Below are positions 60,925 through 64,000 of a DNA stretch of 64,000 bases, piece after piece. Each line of letters begins with the position of its first letter. The first letter of the stretch is position 1. The stretch is from Squalus acanthias (Eukaryota). The stretch lies in contig CM059432.1 of the NCBI GenBank assembly GCA_030390025.1, positions 111,788,001 to 111,852,000 of the forward strand, in the 5' to 3' direction. The position numbers and the translations under genes are program-made. Below the pieces are notes generated by a model, which ran no database searches, had not been told where the DNA came from, and saw only the letters and a list, made by a program, of their open reading frames with translations.

Positions 60925-61247
60925 TACTTTCAGCGAGAGCTGGACCTGTTTCTTGCTGGGGCGGAGATCACCTCTTACAGAAGGTAGGTACTGCAGGGAA
61001 TTCAGGGCCAGAGTGATCTCCTGGACTAGTTTTGATCACCGAGATGGGTCGGATAGGAATTTCCCAGATTTTTTTCCCAAATTGGCCTGGGGTTTTTACC
61101 TTTTTTTTGCCTCTCCCAGGAGATCACACGTTTTCGGGTGGGATGTGGAGTGTATATATTGTGATACACAAGGTATCGCAATTGTGTGGGACAGACTGGA
61201 TGGACCAGATGGTCTTTACCCATCCGTCATTGTTCGTATGCTCGTAT
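60925..61247 (+). mobile_element. Probable CR1 3' end with extended 3' UTR
   Basis: RELDLFLAGAEITSYRR* resembles an ORF2 end; terminal CTGGATGGACCAG...GGTCTTT and TTCGTATG-like tail. Confidence 0.6.
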
Positions 61248-62233
61248 ATCACTCAATCTCATCATCCCTGTATTTGCTAATGTACATTGGCTTCCCATCC
61301 CCCATCCTCGTCTTTAACTCCCACTATGGGCAGATTACTGCCCAGGTACTGAAGACAAAAATCTAGCTCAATGTTTATAGAGAAAGTTAGTGACACCTTT
61401 ATTAATTTATGTATCAAAGAGAGGAGAGTGGTATACGTAGCATTCTGTTATACTGCTTACTAATCATTCACATATCTTATGTAAATAAATGTGTTCGTTC
61501 AGAGCCTGAGTTTCAGTCTGGTAAGAGTATATATTCAGTCCACTTTAAAGTGGCATGCGATACATTCTAATAGCTGCTACAGTGAACAGAGTAAAGGTCC
61601 TCTGTTATAATCCTTGGGTCTTGCTATCGTTTGGCTAGATATTGAGCAGGGTAAAGCTCTCTCTGAATCGTAGAAGTTTACAGGGGTGGCTGGTGATGCT
61701 TAACCCAAGTAAATATCTAGCATAAAATGCCAAAAACATCATAAACACCTAGGGCTTTTTTTTTAATGCAAAAGTCACTCGTGTTGTTTTATTTTTGACT
61801 TTTTAAAAATACCATAATAGTTTCATCTTCTTGTGTATCTATGAGTGTTCCAGTGTTGGAGTTAGTTATTTTTTAGTTTAGTGGGGTTTTTCCACTACGA
61901 CATTTGCAGAATTTGATGGCGAAGAATGGTAGCAACAGTGTGATTGAGGACTAGTCCTGATTGTTGAAAAAGAGGGGAAAATTTTACAAATTCAGCATGA
62001 TGAGAATGCATCAGGAGTTCAGACACAGCTGTCAGCCTTCCTGCATTCCCCATACGCTCCGTCACACGAAATTCTGTGCTGGGAGTACTATGCTGTAAAG
62101 TTTACCAGCGTCCTGTTAAAAAGTGGTATCATTGCTCATAACATCATAACTTATATACAAAGTGACACATTGCTTATACAGCAGGGTTTTGCAATATCTG
62201 CATTACATAGTAGAATCTATGTTGTAAGATTTG

Positions 62234-63117
62234 AACATAAGAACATAAGAACATAAGAAATAGGAGCAGGAGTAGACCATTCAGCCCCTCGAGCCTGTTC
62301 TGCCATTCAATAAGATCATGGCTGATCTGATCTTGGTCTCAATGCCACTTTCCTGCCTGTTCCCCATTACCCTTGACTCCCCTGTAGTTCAAAAATCTCC
62401 ACCTTAAATACATTCAATGACTCCGCCTCCACAGCTCTCTGGTGTAGAAAATTCCAAAGATTCATGACCCTCAGAGAGAAGAAATTCCTCCTCATCTCCA
62501 TCTTAAATGGGCGACCCCTTATTCTGAATCTATGACCCCTAGTTCTAGATTCCCCCACGAGGGGAAACATCCTCTCAGCATCTACCCTGTCCAACCCCCT
62601 CAGAATCTTATATGTCTCAATAAGATCACCTCTCATTCTTCTAAACTCCAATGAGTATAGGCCCAACCTGCTCAACCTTTCATTTTAAGACAACCCCTTC
62701 ATCCCAGGAATCAACCTAGTGAACCTTCTCTGAACTACCTCCATTGCAAGTATATCCCTCCTTAAATATGGGGGCCAAAACTGTACGCAGTACTCCAGGT
62801 GTGGTCTCACCAACGCCCTGTACAGTTGTAGCAAGACTTCCCTACTTTTATACTCTATCCTACTTGCAATAAAGGCCAACATTCCATTTGCCTTCCTAAT
62901 TACTTGCTGTACCTGCATGCTAACTTTTTGTGTTTCATGTACGAGGACACCCAGATCCCTCTGTACTGCAGCATTCTGTAGTTTCTCTCCATTTAAATAA
63001 TATTTTTCTTTTCTATTCTTCCTACCAAAGTGGATAACTTCACATTTTTCCACATTATACTCCATCTGCCAAATTTTTGCCCACTCACTTTACCTATCTA
63101 TATCCCTTTGCAGACTC
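62234..63117 (-). mobile_element. CR1 3' fragment
   Basis: (AACATAAG)n tail on +, 3' UTR and ORF2 C-terminal ORFs 62367..62675 and 62685..63065. Confidence 0.93.
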
Positions 63118-63120
63118 TAC

Positions 63121-64000
63121 GGCCACGATTTTATCGGCACTGAGAGGGCAGGTTTGGAGGCGGGTCAAGGGTTAAAATCATTTTGATTGACGGCAGGTTG
63201 CGATCCCGCCTCCACGCCACTTTGCCAAATGCCGGCTCTGGGAGTCCCGATCGGTCCCACCACCAAGTGGCAGGAGAGGCCCTTAAGGCAGTTAACAACT
63301 TGTTAACTGCCTGGATAAGCCTATTTTAACAGCGGTTTTCGATTTTGTAACATTTTCAGCATGTACCACGCCATTCCCAAACCACGCCAGCTGATTGTGC
63401 CGGGTTCACCAAGTACCTGACTTCTTGACAGCTGCAGCTCCAGCATAAAAACGGAACTCTAACATGGCTGACTTACAGAAGACAGAACTTTGTTTTTTCA
63501 GGTCTTGGAAAACTTTTTGCAGGTCTACTGATCTTGTAAGTGGTGAAGCTAAGATCCATCTCCAGTGTGACCACCTGGAAAAACCCTCTCCCCACATTGA
63601 CTGAGCACGTATAACTTCTAGTCCTCAAATGACATATCTATGAGCAGCATGGGAACCATTTATACCCTGTCATCCTGGTCCTCAGATTCGGAGGAAGAGC
63701 AGCCGCGGCAGCAGCAGAACCAGGCACAACAGCAGCACCAACAACAGGAGCACCAACTTCCTCACCCACCCGATGCTGCACAGGGCAGAGGGCGTCAGCG
63801 CAGGGCTGCACCTCGCCGCAGGAGATACCTCCAACACAGGGATTACAGGCCGAGGATGCGCTTCCTCAACATGACTGAGCAGCAGTGCCAAAGGAGGCTG
63901 AGACTTTCGCGAGAGGTAGTCGCCAACCTCTGCACAATGCTGCACCAACACCTGGAGCCCAGAGGAGCAGGTGGACACCCCTTACCAGTGGCAGTCAAAG
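63121..64000 (+). mobile_element. Left end of another Harbinger element; transposase ORF opens at 63649 and runs off the window
   Basis: GGCCACGATTTT end abutting the CR1; frame MGTIY...[30 protein letters not shown]...LPVAVK matches the N-termini of the other transposases. Confidence 0.82.

Noticed and set aside
60934..60983. Apparent AG...GTAGGT exon
   Set aside because: It coincides with the ORF2 C-terminus of a probable CR1 fragment.

Overview
Eukaryotic, repeat-dominated window with no recognisable host protein-coding gene. The repeat families (HER1/CR1-type LINE tails, a DeuSINE, Penelope remnants, intron-containing Harbinger elements) point to a vertebrate, most likely a cartilaginous fish (inference). 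Positions 1-17.6 kb are a 27/28-bp CpG-rich minisatellite with kb-scale higher-order repeats, interrupted by a near-intact, 5'-truncated CR1 that carries a doubled 3' UTR. Positions 17.9-28 kb are one CR1 element shattered by nested insertions: a full-length Gypsy provirus (238-bp LTRs, tRNA-Trp PBS, AGCT TSD), a Penelope pLTR with a minimal hammerhead motif, a second LINE family, two short CR1 3' fragments, a Harbinger MITE and an L2. Positions 28-48 kb are a dense cluster of five PIF/Harbinger-derived elements (DDE transposase plus convergent 3-exon Myb/SANT gene), including a composite with two Myb genes and no transposase. Positions 51.9-56.2 kb are a second minisatellite that flanks a CR1 ORF2 and also sits inside it. 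Another Harbinger starts at 63.1 kb. Long ORFs in the satellites are artefacts of the repeat. All alignments and counts were done by eye; no database search was run.
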